Shown: positions 1 to 9,851, counted from the first letter of the stretch. The stretch: DNA of 64,000 nt from Pseudomonadota bacterium (GCA_043825875.1 JBDRRF010000045.1:10668-74667); one strand, 5' to 3'. A program made the numbers and translations. Notes: a model not told the origin generated them from the letters alone.

Positions 1-3000
1 ATATTTTTCCTTCTCATAGCCTTTCATTTTTTGGTAATTCAAACTTCCTATGCATCAGAAAAACATACCGGCGATGTTTCTGGATTACAAAAACTAGCTG
101 GTGAACTTAAAGCGAAGGGGTATTACGACAAAGCTATTCCAATTATAAAGGAAGTGCTGGCTTTAAAGAGAGAGACTTTGGGTGGCAATAATGCCGATGT
201 TGCCCAATGCCTTGATCTTCTTGGTGAGCTTCATTATCTGGCTGGAAAATACCCGGAGGCAGAACCCTTTTTGAAGGAATCGCTTTCCATAAGGATGGAA
301 TTATTCGGTTCCAATCATATTGAAACAGCAGAAAGCTTTGAGCATTTGGGAACCTTATATGCTCTGATGGCAGAATATGCCAATGCGGTAAAATATCTCA
401 ATGATGCCCTTAAAATCAGGGAAACAACATATGGGAAAGATCATCCTGATGTCGCAGAAACCCTGGTAACTCTGGCAAGAGTGCAAATAGATAAGGACAA
501 TTACGACAAGACCGAACCATTGCTGAACAGGGCTTTGGCAATCCAGGAAAAATCTTTGGGGCCTGAACATCCTGATCTAACGAGAACGCTGAATACCCTT
601 GCATGGATGCACATTGATACAGACGACTTTGAAAAGGCTGAGTCTTTTTCCAGAAGGGCACTTGAAATCAGCGAAAAGGCTTTCGGCCCCGAACATCCTT
701 ACGTAGCCGACAGCTTGAATTACTTGGGAAGACTTTATTCTTCTCGTAGAGAATATGATAAATCGATAGAAACAAACAAAAGGGCACTGGTCATAAGAGA
801 AAAATTCCTTGGTCCTGATCATCCCGATGTTGGTCTGAGTTTGAACAATCTTGCGTTGCCATATTGCAGTCTTAATAAATACGATACCGCTAAATCATTA
901 TTTATCAGATCGCTGTCAATACGGGAAAAAACACTTGGGCCTGAACATCCATACTTGCGGGTCATCCTTGCAAATTTAGGATGGACTGACCAAGTTCTCG
1001 GAGATTATGAAGGAGCTGTATATTATTTTAAGCGCTCCCTGGCAATCAGTGAAAAGACGCTGAATCCGGATGATCCTAAAATTGCTAGAATATTAAGAGA
1101 CCTTGCAGAGCTTTATTATAAACTGGGGCAATACTCAAAAGCAGAACCACTTTTCAAAAAGTTTTTGGAAATAAACGAAAGAACTCTCGACCCAGGGCAT
1201 CCCCGTATTGGATTAAGCCACTCTTATCTGGGCTTTATTTCCCAATTCATGGGCGATAATCTAAAAGCTGAAAGTCATTTGCAAAAAGCCATTAAAATAG
1301 CTGAAATGAATTTTGATAATAACCCTGAAAACTTTGCAAACAGCCTTAGTAACTTGGCACTAATGTATGCTGATTCAGGTGAATATAAAAAGGCGGAACC
1401 ATTGTATCTGCGAGCACTGGATATCCTGGAAAAGACGCACGGCCCTGAACATTCCTCAGTTGCCCCTATTTTACACAACCTGGCAACGCTTTATAGCTAT
1501 TTGAACAATTTAGAAAAGGCAGAGGCGCTATATCAGCGGGCACTTGCAATCTGGGAGAAAACAGTTGGGCCTGAGCATCTAAATACTGCCAGTAGCTTGA
1601 ATCGTTTGGCCATGCTTTACGAAGAGGCAGGTGCTTACGAAAAGGCAGAATCTTTATACAGCCGGGCATTGAAAATACAGGAAAAGATACTGGTACCGAA
1701 CCATCCTGATGTTCTCAGAACACTCAATAATTTGGCAACGATTTATAGTTTTTCAAAAGATTTAACGAAGGCTGAACAGCTGCATAAACGTGTTTTGAAA
1801 ATCAAAAAGGATACGACCGGGACCGAAACCGAAACGTACGCCAACAGTTTAATCAATTTAGCAACGCTTTATAAAGCACAGAGAAATTATGCTAAAGCAG
1901 AACCTTTGTATAATCAAGCGATAGAAATTTATAAAAAAACTCTTGGTTCCGAGCATCCTAAGGTTGCCATCGGATTAGGTCTTCTGTCAGTGCTTTATGA
2001 GGCCATGGGTGATTTTGAAAAGGCTTATGATTTCATTACGCGCACATTGGAAATTGAAGATATGCTTCTTGATCAAGTGATGGGATTTACCTCTGAAGAT
2101 CAGAAGCTTAAGTTTGTTTCCACGAACAATTGGAGCCTTTATGATTTTCTGAATCTCGTCAATCAGCACTTGAGGCAAAATCCGGGAAAAAGAAAAAATG
2201 CTCTTAATGTCTGGCTCAAAAGGAAAGGTTCTATTTTAGAGGTTCAGAAGCGTTACCAGGAAGCCATCTTTTCTGGCGGCAACCCCGAATCAGCTAAACT
2301 GTTTGAAGAATTGAGCGCTGTACGTTCCAGTTTATCGAAACTGACCTTTGCCCAACCAGGGAAAGAAGATGAGAAAAGCTATAAGCAGAAAAAAGATGAT
2401 TTGAAAAATAAAAAGGATCGCCTGGAAGCCAGCTTAAGCCGGTTAAGCCAGCCTTTCGCAATGAATCAAAAGATTGCCAAAGCTGATTGTGAAAAAATAG
2501 CCAAGATGCTTATCCCTCAAACAGCGCTTGTGGAATTTGCCAGAATGGAAGGGATCAAATCCGAAAACAAAGATAAGCTGATTTTTTCGGCTCGATATAT
2601 CTCTTTTGTCCTTCATTCCGGCGATGGCAACAGAATCAGTATGGTTGATTTGGGTGATGCCGCTATAATTGATAAAATGGTCACACAATACAAAAAAGAA
2701 ATTTATGCATCAGGAACCGAGAAAAGTGATGCGGTTACCGAAACATCTCGAAAATTGTATGATCTGGTATTCAGGCCACTGTTGAAACATCTTGGAACTG
2801 TTAAAGAAATCTTTATATCGCCGGATGGAAACCTGAACCTGATGCCTTTTGAGGTGCTCCAGGGGCCTGATGGCAGGTTTTTGATTGAGGACTATACATT
2901 CAATTATCTCGCAGCAGGCAGGGATATCATCGGGTTTGGAAAGAATCCGGTTAATAGTGGAAAATATCTACTCATGGGTGATCCTGATTTCAATCTTGGG

Positions 3001-3798
3001 CCAGGTGAGAAGATGGCTTTTCTTAAACGGAGCAACATCAAAAATGATATGGGGACGCTTGTGGCAACACGATCCACCAATCTCAACGAAGTTTCTTTCG
3101 AGCCTCTTCATTATGCCAAAGAGGAGCTGAATGCCATCGGCGGAATCATGGGACAAGAAAAATCCGAGATTTATACTGGAGAAAAAGCGCTGGAAGAAAT
3201 ATTGATGAATAAACCAGGCCCTGAAATTCTGCATCTGGCCACACATGGCTTTTTTCTGAACAAGTATAATTTACCATCTTCGGGCAGAGGATGGCAGACG
3301 GCAGATTTGCCGGATAAGGATAAAAATCCGTCTGGCCGGACAGATAGGGTCATCAACGTTGAAAACCCGCTGTTGCGCTCCGGTATTCTTCTGGCCGGGG
3401 CTAAACGGTCTCTCATGTCAGGTGATATGGGGAATAATGACGGTATCCTTACAGCTGAAAAAATTCTCGGATTGAACCTTCACGGAACGAATATGGTGGT
3501 GCTTTCAGCGTGTGATACTGGATTGGGTGAGGTAGAAAGCGGAGAGGGCGTGTTCGGATTGCGCCGAGCCTTCACCCAGGCAGGTGCAAAAAGCCTTGTG
3601 ATGAGCCTCTGGAAGGTGCCGGACATGGAAACCAAGGAACTGATGGTACAATTTTATCGCAACATCAAATCGGGTTCTATGAACCGTTGCCATGCTTTAA
3701 GACAGGCAATTCTTGCACAAATGAAAATTGTCAAACAGCGCCAAGGCGATGCCAACCCACGCTATTGGGGAGCTTTCGTGTTTATGGGCGAGCCTTGA
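1..3798 (+). CDS. TPR-repeat / CHAT-domain (caspase-like) protease; 5' end probably lies upstream of the window
   Basis: Frame 1 is open from base 1 (IFFLLIAFHFLVIQT, a hydrophobic stretch). Many ~42-aa TPR repeats (LGPEHPxxAxSLNNLA type). The C-terminal CHAT domain has ISPDGNLNLMPFE, HLATHG (His ~3244), LSACDTG (Cys ~3511), SLWKV and YWGAF. Confidence 0.95.
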   Translation: MFFLLIAFHFLVIQTSYASEKHTGDVSGLQKLAGELKAKGYYDKAIPIIKEVLALKRETLGGNNADVAQCLDLLGELHYLAGKYPEAEPFLKESLSIRMELFGSNHIETAESFEHLGTLYALMAEYANAVKYLNDALKIRETTYGKDHPDVAETLVTLARVQIDKDNYDKTEPLLNRALAIQEKSLGPEHPDLTRTLNTLAWMHIDTDDFEKAESFSRRALEISEKAFGPEHPYVADSLNYLGRLYSSRREYDKSIETNKRALVIREKFLGPDHPDVGLSLNNLALPYCSLNKYDTAKSLFIRSLSIREKTLGPEHPYLRVILANLGWTDQVLGDYEGAVYYFKRSLAISEKTLNPDDPKIARILRDLAELYYKLGQYSKAEPLFKKFLEINERTLDPGHPRIGLSHSYLGFISQFMGDNLKAESHLQKAIKIAEMNFDNNPENFANSLSNLALMYADSGEYKKAEPLYLRALDILEKTHGPEHSSVAPILHNLATLYSYLNNLEKAEALYQRALAIWEKTVGPEHLNTASSLNRLAMLYEEAGAYEKAESLYSRALKIQEKILVPNHPDVLRTLNNLATIYSFSKDLTKAEQLHKRVLKIKKDTTGTETETYANSLINLATLYKAQRNYAKAEPLYNQAIEIYKKTLGSEHPKVAIGLGLLSVLYEAMGDFEKAYDFITRTLEIEDMLLDQVMGFTSEDQKLKFVSTNNWSLYDFLNLVNQHLRQNPGKRKNALNVWLKRKGSILEVQKRYQEAIFSGGNPESAKLFEELSAVRSSLSKLTFAQPGKEDEKSYKQKKDDLKNKKDRLEASLSRLSQPFAMNQKIAKADCEKIAKMLIPQTALVEFARMEGIKSENKDKLIFSARYISFVLHSGDGNRISMVDLGDAAIIDKMVTQYKKEIYASGTEKSDAVTETSRKLYDLVFRPLLKHLGTVKEIFISPDGNLNLMPFEVLQGPDGRFLIEDYTFNYLAAGRDIIGFGKNPVNSGKYLLMGDPDFNLGPGEKMAFLKRSNIKNDMGTLVATRSTNLNEVSFEPLHYAKEELNAIGGIMGQEKSEIYTGEKALEEILMNKPGPEILHLATHGFFLNKYNLPSSGRGWQTADLPDKDKNPSGRTDRVINVENPLLRSGILLAGAKRSLMSGDMGNNDGILTAEKILGLNLHGTNMVVLSACDTGLGEVESGEGVFGLRRAFTQAGAKSLVMSLWKVPDMETKELMVQFYRNIKSGSMNRCHALRQAILAQMKIVKQRQGDANPRYWGAFVFMGEP

Positions 3799-3821
3799 GT
3801 CTGAGGATAGGTAATCCCGAT

Positions 3822-4661
3822 TTACTGATGCTCAAAACTGAATGATTGAACGGTGGCTTTCGGAAAAATCTTTCCAATGGTTTCAATGCCGCCGCTTTTC
3901 AAATCTTCAATCCTTTTTGCGAAATCTTCAATTTTATTTTTAGAAGCCAGTAGGTACAGTTTTTCCGTGCCGGTATTTTTATCAAGATGATACCATTTGT
4001 TGCCGTCCGGGAGGAAAAAATCCTTTCCTCCAGCGATTAAGCCTTTTTCCAGTGATTCGATACTACCCGAACTATCCTGGAAAACGACATAGACATAAGC
4101 ATCCTTATCAATCTTTGTCTGAAACCGAAAATAATCGCCTGACTTCATTTCCCCGCCTGGTTTAACCTGAAATTCATTGTATTCAGGCTGACCGCCTCTG
4201 AATCCGCTCTGGGTTCTGCCTTGCAGCATGATCTGAATGGCATACGGACTGCCGGATTTATCCTGCAACATATAAATACCGCCAAGGATCAATAAAACAG
4301 TCGCGAAAGCTGCCACCGGTTTAAGGGAAAAGCCCTTTCCGAAAAAATCAGAAATTGCAGCACCAATTTTTTGAAGAATTGAGACCACCGGTTTTTTGTC
4401 TTTATCGATAGCGCTTTGAAGCCTGGGAAGCACTTCCACCTTTTCATCTTTCGCTTCTTCCTCAGCCATCCGTATATCCATGAACAAATCCAGACAGTAC
4501 CGGCAAGTGTTGAGATGATCCTTAACTTTGCCACTTTCTTCAGGACCGAGTTCACCGAATGCATAGGCAGATGTCTGATCTGCCATATGGCATTCATCTA
4601 CAATATTCTCTTTATCTTTCATAAACGCCTGCCTGAGGCTGTCCATAATTTTATCTGACAT
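3822..4661 (-). CDS. Anti-sigma factor: zinc-binding HxxxCxxC, one TM helix, C-terminal DUF4384-like domain
   Basis: HLNTCRYC motif; TM segment VAAFATVLLILGGIYML; C-terminus GDYFRF..DAYVYV..DSSG..LPDG..LDKNTGTEKLYLLAS; GGAGG RBS; directly follows an ECF sigma gene. Confidence 0.8.
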   Translation of the reverse strand: MSDKIMDSLRQAFMKDKENIVDECHMADQTSAYAFGELGPEESGKVKDHLNTCRYCLDLFMDIRMAEEEAKDEKVEVLPRLQSAIDKDKKPVVSILQKIGAAISDFFGKGFSLKPVAAFATVLLILGGIYMLQDKSGSPYAIQIMLQGRTQSGFRGGQPEYNEFQVKPGGEMKSGDYFRFQTKIDKDAYVYVVFQDSSGSIESLEKGLIAGGKDFFLPDGNKWYHLDKNTGTEKLYLLASKNKIEDFAKRIEDLKSGGIETIGKIFPKATVQSFSFEHQ

Positions 4662-4711
4662 TGCAACCTCCAGCCCAACCTGTTTGCGATTTCAAAGCGC
4701 CGCTATTAATT

Positions 4712-5395
4712 TTAATTGAAGATATCATCTTGATTTAAATTGTTTTTTCTCATGACTCGTTCAAGACAGCTCTTGAATTTTGCAAGAGATCCTGTTCCAT
4801 CACGGGTAAATTGTTTCTTGATCGCATTGATTTTTTTATCCAGTTCTTTTTTAGGATAATCTTTATCGCCAAGGCTCCTTTCGGCCATTTGGCTGTAGTC
4901 AAGCCCTTCAAGGTGCATTTTTACCAGATATGCGTCGCCGGGAGAGGTTTCGACCAACATCAGAAGCGCTTCATGAACAAGCTTTATCTTTTCTTTGTGA
5001 ATCATATCCTTTTCGGGGGATTCGTCGTCTGATCCAAATCCGTCAATCTCATGATCCTTATCACTTATATTCTTGTCGTAGGCGCTTTGGCGATATGCAC
5101 TTCTTACATTATCAACTATCCTGAAATTGAGAATCTTAAACAAATACGTCTTTAAAGAGGCCAGCCCTTTATAGTTACATATTGCCTTGGCGTTTATGAG
5201 TTCAACCCAGAAATCACTTAAAACCGAAGTGACTTTGTCATTATCAGTTGAACGAATCCGGCGGCGAGTATATACCAAAAATAATGGATGATACTCGCTA
5301 TAAATTTTGAGAATGGCTTTGCCATTGCCTGAACGGAGTTCGACACATAATTCCTGGGCCAATATGAGATCTTTTTCGTGGTTGTCTGCGCTCAT
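4712..5395 (-). CDS. ECF-type sigma factor (divergent)
   Basis: Sigma2-like segment (SDFW..YKGLASLKTYLFKILNFRIVDNVR) and sigma4-like segment (LEGLDYSQMAE); lies upstream of the zinc anti-sigma gene. Confidence 0.8.
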   Translation of the reverse strand: MSADNHEKDLILAQELCVELRSGNGKAILKIYSEYHPLFLVYTRRRIRSTDNDKVTSVLSDFWVELINAKAICNYKGLASLKTYLFKILNFRIVDNVRSAYRQSAYDKNISDKDHEIDGFGSDDESPEKDMIHKEKIKLVHEALLMLVETSPGDAYLVKMHLEGLDYSQMAERSLGDKDYPKKELDKKINAIKKQFTRDGTGSLAKFKSCLERVMRKNNLNQDDIFN

Positions 5396-5513
5396 ATGCC
5401 GAACATATTGAAGTTGTTTATCTTAATCAAAATTAGCTTGAATTCCGTTAGATCTTGGCCACTATTTTTTCTGTAATTTGAAGTCTTCCGTACCAGTCAG
5501 ACCAGCTTTTTCT

Positions 5514-5624
5514 GTTCAATCATCTAAGCAGAATTTTTTATTTAGACGATTGAACAAGTTTTTTCGTTTACTGACTAAACAAGTTTTTTCGTTCAATCGA
5601 TTGAACGTGTTTTTTTGTTCAATC
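5514..5624. repeat. Cluster of GTTCAATC/GATTGAAC octamers including an 18-bp perfect palindrome
   Basis: GTTCAATC at 5514 and 5617, GATTGAAC at 5548, palindrome CGTTCAATCGATTGAACG at 5590-5607, direct repeat AACAAGTTTTTTCGTT at 5553 and 5578. Confidence 0.8.
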
Positions 5625-5710
5625 ACCCAAACATCATTTACGGCAATTAAAACGAACATTAAAAGTTTTAATCAATTCAACGATAACCAACTAAAAACAT
5701 ATAGCGATTG

Positions 5711-5893
5711 TCAATATTCCCTGTTTTTTAGGTCCGTCAAAAACGTATCCAGCGCCTCAATCACCATTCCGGTAATGGTTGCGTTGTTTGCTGCAGCATA
5801 AGCTTCAACTCTTTCTGCTAGCCGGCAAGGAATCAGAATTTTGAATTCTTTTGTCGGATCGGAACATTGCTTTGCGTTGCTTTCGTTGTCCAT
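5711..5893 (-). CDS. Small ribbon-helix-helix-like DNA-binding protein
   Basis: 60 aa with a strand-helix-helix pattern: EFKILIP-CRLAERVEAYAAA-NNATITGMVIEALDTFL. Confidence 0.6.
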   Translation of the reverse strand: MDNESNAKQCSDPTKEFKILIPCRLAERVEAYAAANNATITGMVIEALDTFLTDLKNREY

Positions 5894-6527
5894 TTAGAAT
5901 TCCTTAAAACTGAAATTTTACAGGTTAAACACAACCACACATATGCTATCAGCCGGGTTTATTCAAGTTTTAGTTACAAAAATAAACATCTTAAAACGGC
6001 TCTCAGCTCTCCACAGAGGTATTTATAGGGGCCCTGTATGATATGTTTCTGCAATGATTACTTATAGTAAAATAGAACTATATATCATCTGTCAATACAT
6101 CATTGCTTGTTTAGAAGTTCTCGCCCACTACAGAGAGCCAGTCCTTTTAGACCTCGTTACCTGCCTGATAACACTGTCAACAGAAAATATTCTCATGAAC
6201 AGAAATCTTCCTTTATCAAGAAAATGATTACTTCTGGTCAGGATACCATTATATTTGTGCTATCATCAGTTTTTTCGGAAATCTGCATTTTGATCGGGTT
6301 TCTATAAAATATGAGAGCGGATTCAGCTAAATCAACCGGCCCTGAAATTGCGGAATTCTGCAAGGCATAATCAATCTTGTCAAAGCCGTCTTATCTGACA
6401 GAGCTGTTTCAGAAAGAATTCTAACTAATTGAAAACTCCTTTCTCAAGAAGCTGGATACTACATCCAGGATACCATTATATCTGTCCCAGTTTCCCGTTT
6501 TTTCAAAATAAAGAAGATAAGTTTTTC

Positions 6528-6680
6528 ACTCATCTTCTTTAATACTCATCTACTTAAAGACTCATCTACTTATATGTCCCTGTATTTGACCAACTTTGAA
6601 AAATGTTGGGCAATATCTGACCAATTTAACGGAAAGTCGGACAATATTTGACCAAATTTAATCGGGCGCATTTTGACCAT
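6528..6680. repeat. Iteron-like repeats (putative replication origin)
   Basis: ACTCATCT(T/A)CTT x3 at 16-bp period (6528, 6544, 6560). TAT(T/C)TGACCAA x3 at 31-bp period (6583, 6614, 6645), plus TTTTGACCA at 6671. All adjoin the 3' end of a Rep-like gene. Confidence 0.7.
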
Positions 6681-7761
6681 CCTCATGCGGAAAGAATACT
6701 GCATCTCTATAAAAGATTTCTTCTATCTTGTCGTTTATATTTCTCCATTCGCCTAAAATGAAAACACTTTGGCCTCGTGTCTTTCCTTCCGGGGTTAAAT
6801 GCTCAACTTTAATAATGCCGGCTTCTTTGAATACGTCGATATATTCCTTGACTTTATTTTTGTGTAAGCAACATTCCTCACCGACTTTTCGGTAGCTGGA
6901 ACAATAAGCAAGATATCCCTTATCAAAATATTTTTCTTTAATAGGATATCCTTTTGTGTCAATCCATTCACTACGTACTATGTTGGCCCACAGCCATTCA
7001 TATACAATACCAGGGCCTTTAAATATATGGCGGTATGCCTCATTTCTGATCATACCTCGTTTTGTTTTCATGAAGTATTCATCTCCTATTTGTTTTTTTT
7101 TCGGTTTTATTTTATTCTGGATGTGACAGACTTTTTGTGGATTGTTATTCTTTTTAGGTTTTTGTGTTTCTAATTTCCTAACAATTTTACCGGAGCGCAT
7201 ATTCTTCATTTTCTGGTATAGCTCTTTACTTACTTCCCCTCTCTTTCTTACCTTGTCAGGCAATTCATTGCTTTCTGTGATTTCTCTTTTAACCTGGCTG
7301 TAAATATCATGACCGTAAAATTTATCTATTTCATATTCATTGGACATCTTGCCAAGACCGAAATCAAACATTTCTAAAGATTGCATATCCTTTTTTAATT
7401 CTTTTCGGAACTTTTCTTTACACTCATCAGTTTTCAAATATTCTTCAAAATATGCATCCTGCTCGGCAAAAAAGGCTTTAGCATCAATCTCATCCTTATT
7501 GCCGTTTTCTTCATTATGTTTTGGTAAAGATCTTCCGGCCATTTTTTCTATATATTCCGAAAGCCCGTCAGAAAGATTTCTTGGTTCTTCTTCAGATTTT
7601 ACTGGCTGTCTTTTTCTCTCCAGACCTTTCAAATATTCACTGAATTCTTCGGGACTGAGAGTATCAGACATTTCTTGTATTTCAGCTTCTAAATTTTCTT
7701 CCCTTTCGTCCAAAATATCCAAAACATCTCTGTCATCATAGTTGATTGCACAATTATTCAT
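6658..7761 (-). CDS. Putative replication-initiator-like protein with C-terminal winged HTH
   Basis: Likely start ATG 7761 after GAGGAGG. Acidic N-terminus; C-terminal wHTH-like SYRKVGEECCLHKNKVKEYIDVFKEAGIIKVE; adjacent iteron-like repeats. Confidence 0.55.
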   Translation of the reverse strand: MNNCAINYDDRDVLDILDEREENLEAEIQEMSDTLSPEEFSEYLKGLERKRQPVKSEEEPRNLSDGLSEYIEKMAGRSLPKHNEENGNKDEIDAKAFFAEQDAYFEEYLKTDECKEKFRKELKKDMQSLEMFDFGLGKMSNEYEIDKFYGHDIYSQVKREITESNELPDKVRKRGEVSKELYQKMKNMRSGKIVRKLETQKPKKNNNPQKVCHIQNKIKPKKKQIGDEYFMKTKRGMIRNEAYRHIFKGPGIVYEWLWANIVRSEWIDTKGYPIKEKYFDKGYLAYCSSYRKVGEECCLHKNKVKEYIDVFKEAGIIKVEHLTPEGKTRGQSVFILGEWRNINDKIEEIFYRDAVFFPHEDGQNAPD

Positions 7762-7912
7762 AATAATCCCTCCTCTATTATTCTCCCCTCGCTTTATAAT
7801 TTTATGTGTGGGTGGGAGTGGAGGGGCACTCTTTTCAGCAAGGGAATGACCCTTGCCTAACCCACACACATTGTTTCCTGCTCAATTATAAATGCAGGAT
7901 TTTCTAAAAGTA

Positions 7913-8173
7913 TTATTCTGCATTTGTTTCTTGTCTTGAAATATCTTCATTGGCTTTTTTTACCGCAACGGGTAGAAGAAAACCTATGTCCTGATATTCT
8001 TTTATCTTAATGATGAGATGTATTTGGTCTTGTGTATAGCGCCGATAAGACCTTTCACCGCATACAATACGCTCCGGCTCCGGGATATATTTACTCTCCC
8101 AGCTCCTTAATTTCTTCAGGCTTACACCGGTTTTCTTTGATGCATCACCGATTGAATAGGTTTGACTTTTCAT
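7913..8173 (-). CDS. MerR-type HTH protein (regulator or excisionase-like)
   Basis: YSIGDASKKTGVSLKKLRSWE..RRYTQDQI; AAGGAGG RBS; short, with no effector domain. Confidence 0.85.
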   Translation of the reverse strand: MKSQTYSIGDASKKTGVSLKKLRSWESKYIPEPERIVCGERSYRRYTQDQIHLIIKIKEYQDIGFLLPVAVKKANEDISRQETNAE

Positions 8174-8354
8174 AATTAACCTCCTTGAAAGTATTATTCG
8201 GGAAATGTTGTTCCCTATACTGTTAGGGAGGTTAGTTTATTCCTATTAGAGGGATGTTTTTCTTATGCTTATAAAATAAAAGGTAGGTTATGCATATCCA
8301 GATAGATTTACAGAAAAGACCGTCCATACCATTTTAAACGACCGGATTTCTGCA

Positions 8355-8403
8355 ATGTAAATACAAGCAGTTGGACGATGTGGACGGTCTGGACGATGAT
8401 TTT
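8355..8403. repeat. ~49-bp intergenic motif, copy 1
   Basis: ATGTAAATACAAGcagTTGGACGATgTGGACGGTCTGGACGATG; near-identical copy 360 bp downstream. Confidence 0.85.
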
Positions 8404-8419
8404 TATCAATAAGATAAAT

Positions 8420-8650
8420 TCAATATATGTCTTCCTGATCATCATCACTGGTGAAATCTTTCTCAATTCTTAAACGTTCTCTTTCCTCTTCGGCAATTTG
8501 TTCAGACAAAGCACCAAACATGGCAATGTTCTCCCATCCAATGTCGATTGTATCGTGATTTGTCATGCAATCCTGTTCTTCGAAATCCGGACTGTCATCA
8601 TATTCAAAATCACCATCATCAAAACAGTCATCATTCATAAAGTCATCCAT
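8420..8650 (-). CDS. Small highly acidic hypothetical protein
   Basis: GGAGG RBS before ATG 8650; D/E-rich (DDFMNDDCFDDGDFEYDDSPDFEEQD). Confidence 0.55.
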   Translation of the reverse strand: MDDFMNDDCFDDGDFEYDDSPDFEEQDCMTNHDTIDIGWENIAMFGALSEQIAEEERERLRIEKDFTSDDDQEDIY

Positions 8651-8714
8651 AACTTCCTCCACTTATTTGTAATTATAGACCGCCCAAATACAACCAGATC
8701 GCCCAAAATACTAT

Positions 8715-8763
8715 ATGTAAATACAAGAACTTGGACGATATGGACGGTCTGGACGATGTTTTT
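8715..8763. repeat. ~49-bp intergenic motif, copy 2
   Basis: ATGTAAATACAAGaacTTGGACGATaTGGACGGTCTGGACGATG. Confidence 0.85.
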
Positions 8764-8775
8764 TTATTTATTTAT

Positions 8776-8967
8776 TTAATAACCGCACTGGCTGCAAATT
8801 ATTTTAAATTTCTTGCCGTTGTAAATTGTGATATCATTTCCAAGGTAACTCCCAAAAGTTACATGGTGGCCACAATCTAATACAAACTTTTTATCTTTAA
8901 GCACTTCCTGAAGTATGTCTCTTAATAATTGTGGCTCCTGATATTCTTTCATTTGTTTTTTTGTCAT
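8776..8967 (-). CDS. Small putative metal-binding protein
   Basis: AGGAGG RBS before ATG 8967; LDCGHH and CSQC motifs. Confidence 0.6.
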   Translation of the reverse strand: MTKKQMKEYQEPQLLRDILQEVLKDKKFVLDCGHHVTFGSYLGNDITIYNGKKFKIICSQCGY

Positions 8968-9047
8968 AATGACCTCCTGTAAATACAAAGAGCCCGCAAG
9001 GTCAGACCTTGAGAGCTCTTATAGTTGAATGAATTTTGTTTGTCTGT

Positions 9048-9851
9048 TTACGCAGCTATCCGGTTTGCATTCTCTTTTTCTTCAATACTGCCGTTTAAGA
9101 TGAGATTTAAGACCTTTTCAGTTTCGGAGATGACCTTCAGGCAAGCGCTATACGGGTTTAATTTGATTTCTCCGGCATACCTTTCAATGTATCTGTACGA
9201 ATTGCCCAAGGTGTCATTTTGTTGCTTGCCTACCAATTTACACAAAATGGCTGCACAAAGCTCGGCTACGATTTCCTGTAAAGCATCCTGGCCGTTTACC
9301 AATCTGCCTTTGATTTTTCCGTGACCAGCATGGCTGAGCTCATGAAAGAATACTTTTTCTTCAGGTGTAGCTAAGCTTATCTCTTTTCTTTCTTGGAAAT
9401 AGACTCCATGAAAGCGATATCTTCCCGGTATGGCTTTAACAGAAATTCCCCATTCTTTTGCTCTTTCTAATAAAGGAAAATCAGGAACCTCTATTTTTTC
9501 ATACTCCAGGGGCTCGCCATCCGTATCTTCCACACGAAAAACCGGCTTGCACCCGAATCCATAAAGCATCTGCCTTTCATCATCGCTATCAGCCACTTTT
9601 TTGATAAAGGGAACCAGAATATACAGGGCAGTACTTCCTTTTTTTACATAGCGGTTTACCTGTTTCCATTGACGATAGCCTCTTGCATCGCTTGTGCCTC
9701 CGAAAAACATCAGCATCCTGTTTAGAAGCGACCATTTGGCACACGGAATATCAGGGATGGGATATAGTGAATAACTTATAGCCTCCGGTATATCTCCGTC
9801 TCTGAACCTTTCCAGGACAGATTTTAAAACCTCTTTTACTTTTGAGTTCAT
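9048..9851 (-). CDS. ardC: ArdC-like ssDNA-binding/antirestriction protein with zincin-like motif
   Basis: WSLLN, RGYRQWKQVNRYVKKGSTALYILVP, VFRVEDTDGEPL, FFHELSH (HExxH), EIVAEL and SYRYI. Confidence 0.8.
   Translation of the reverse strand: MNSKVKEVLKSVLERFRDGDIPEAISYSLYPIPDIPCAKWSLLNRMLMFFGGTSDARGYRQWKQVNRYVKKGSTALYILVPFIKKVADSDDERQMLYGFGCKPVFRVEDTDGEPLEYEKIEVPDFPLLERAKEWGISVKAIPGRYRFHGVYFQERKEISLATPEEKVFFHELSHAGHGKIKGRLVNGQDALQEIVAELCAAILCKLVGKQQNDTLGNSYRYIERYAGEIKLNPYSACLKVISETEKVLNLILNGSIEEKENANRIAA

Noticed and set aside
1..5395. Type III-E CRISPR (Craspase) locus
   Set aside because: TPR-CHAT and a sigma factor are present, but there is no Cas7-11, recognisable Csx30/31 or array in the window.
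8355..8763. CRISPR array
   Set aside because: Only two copies, 360 bp apart with a gene between them; no cas genes and no regular repeat-spacer pattern anywhere in the window.
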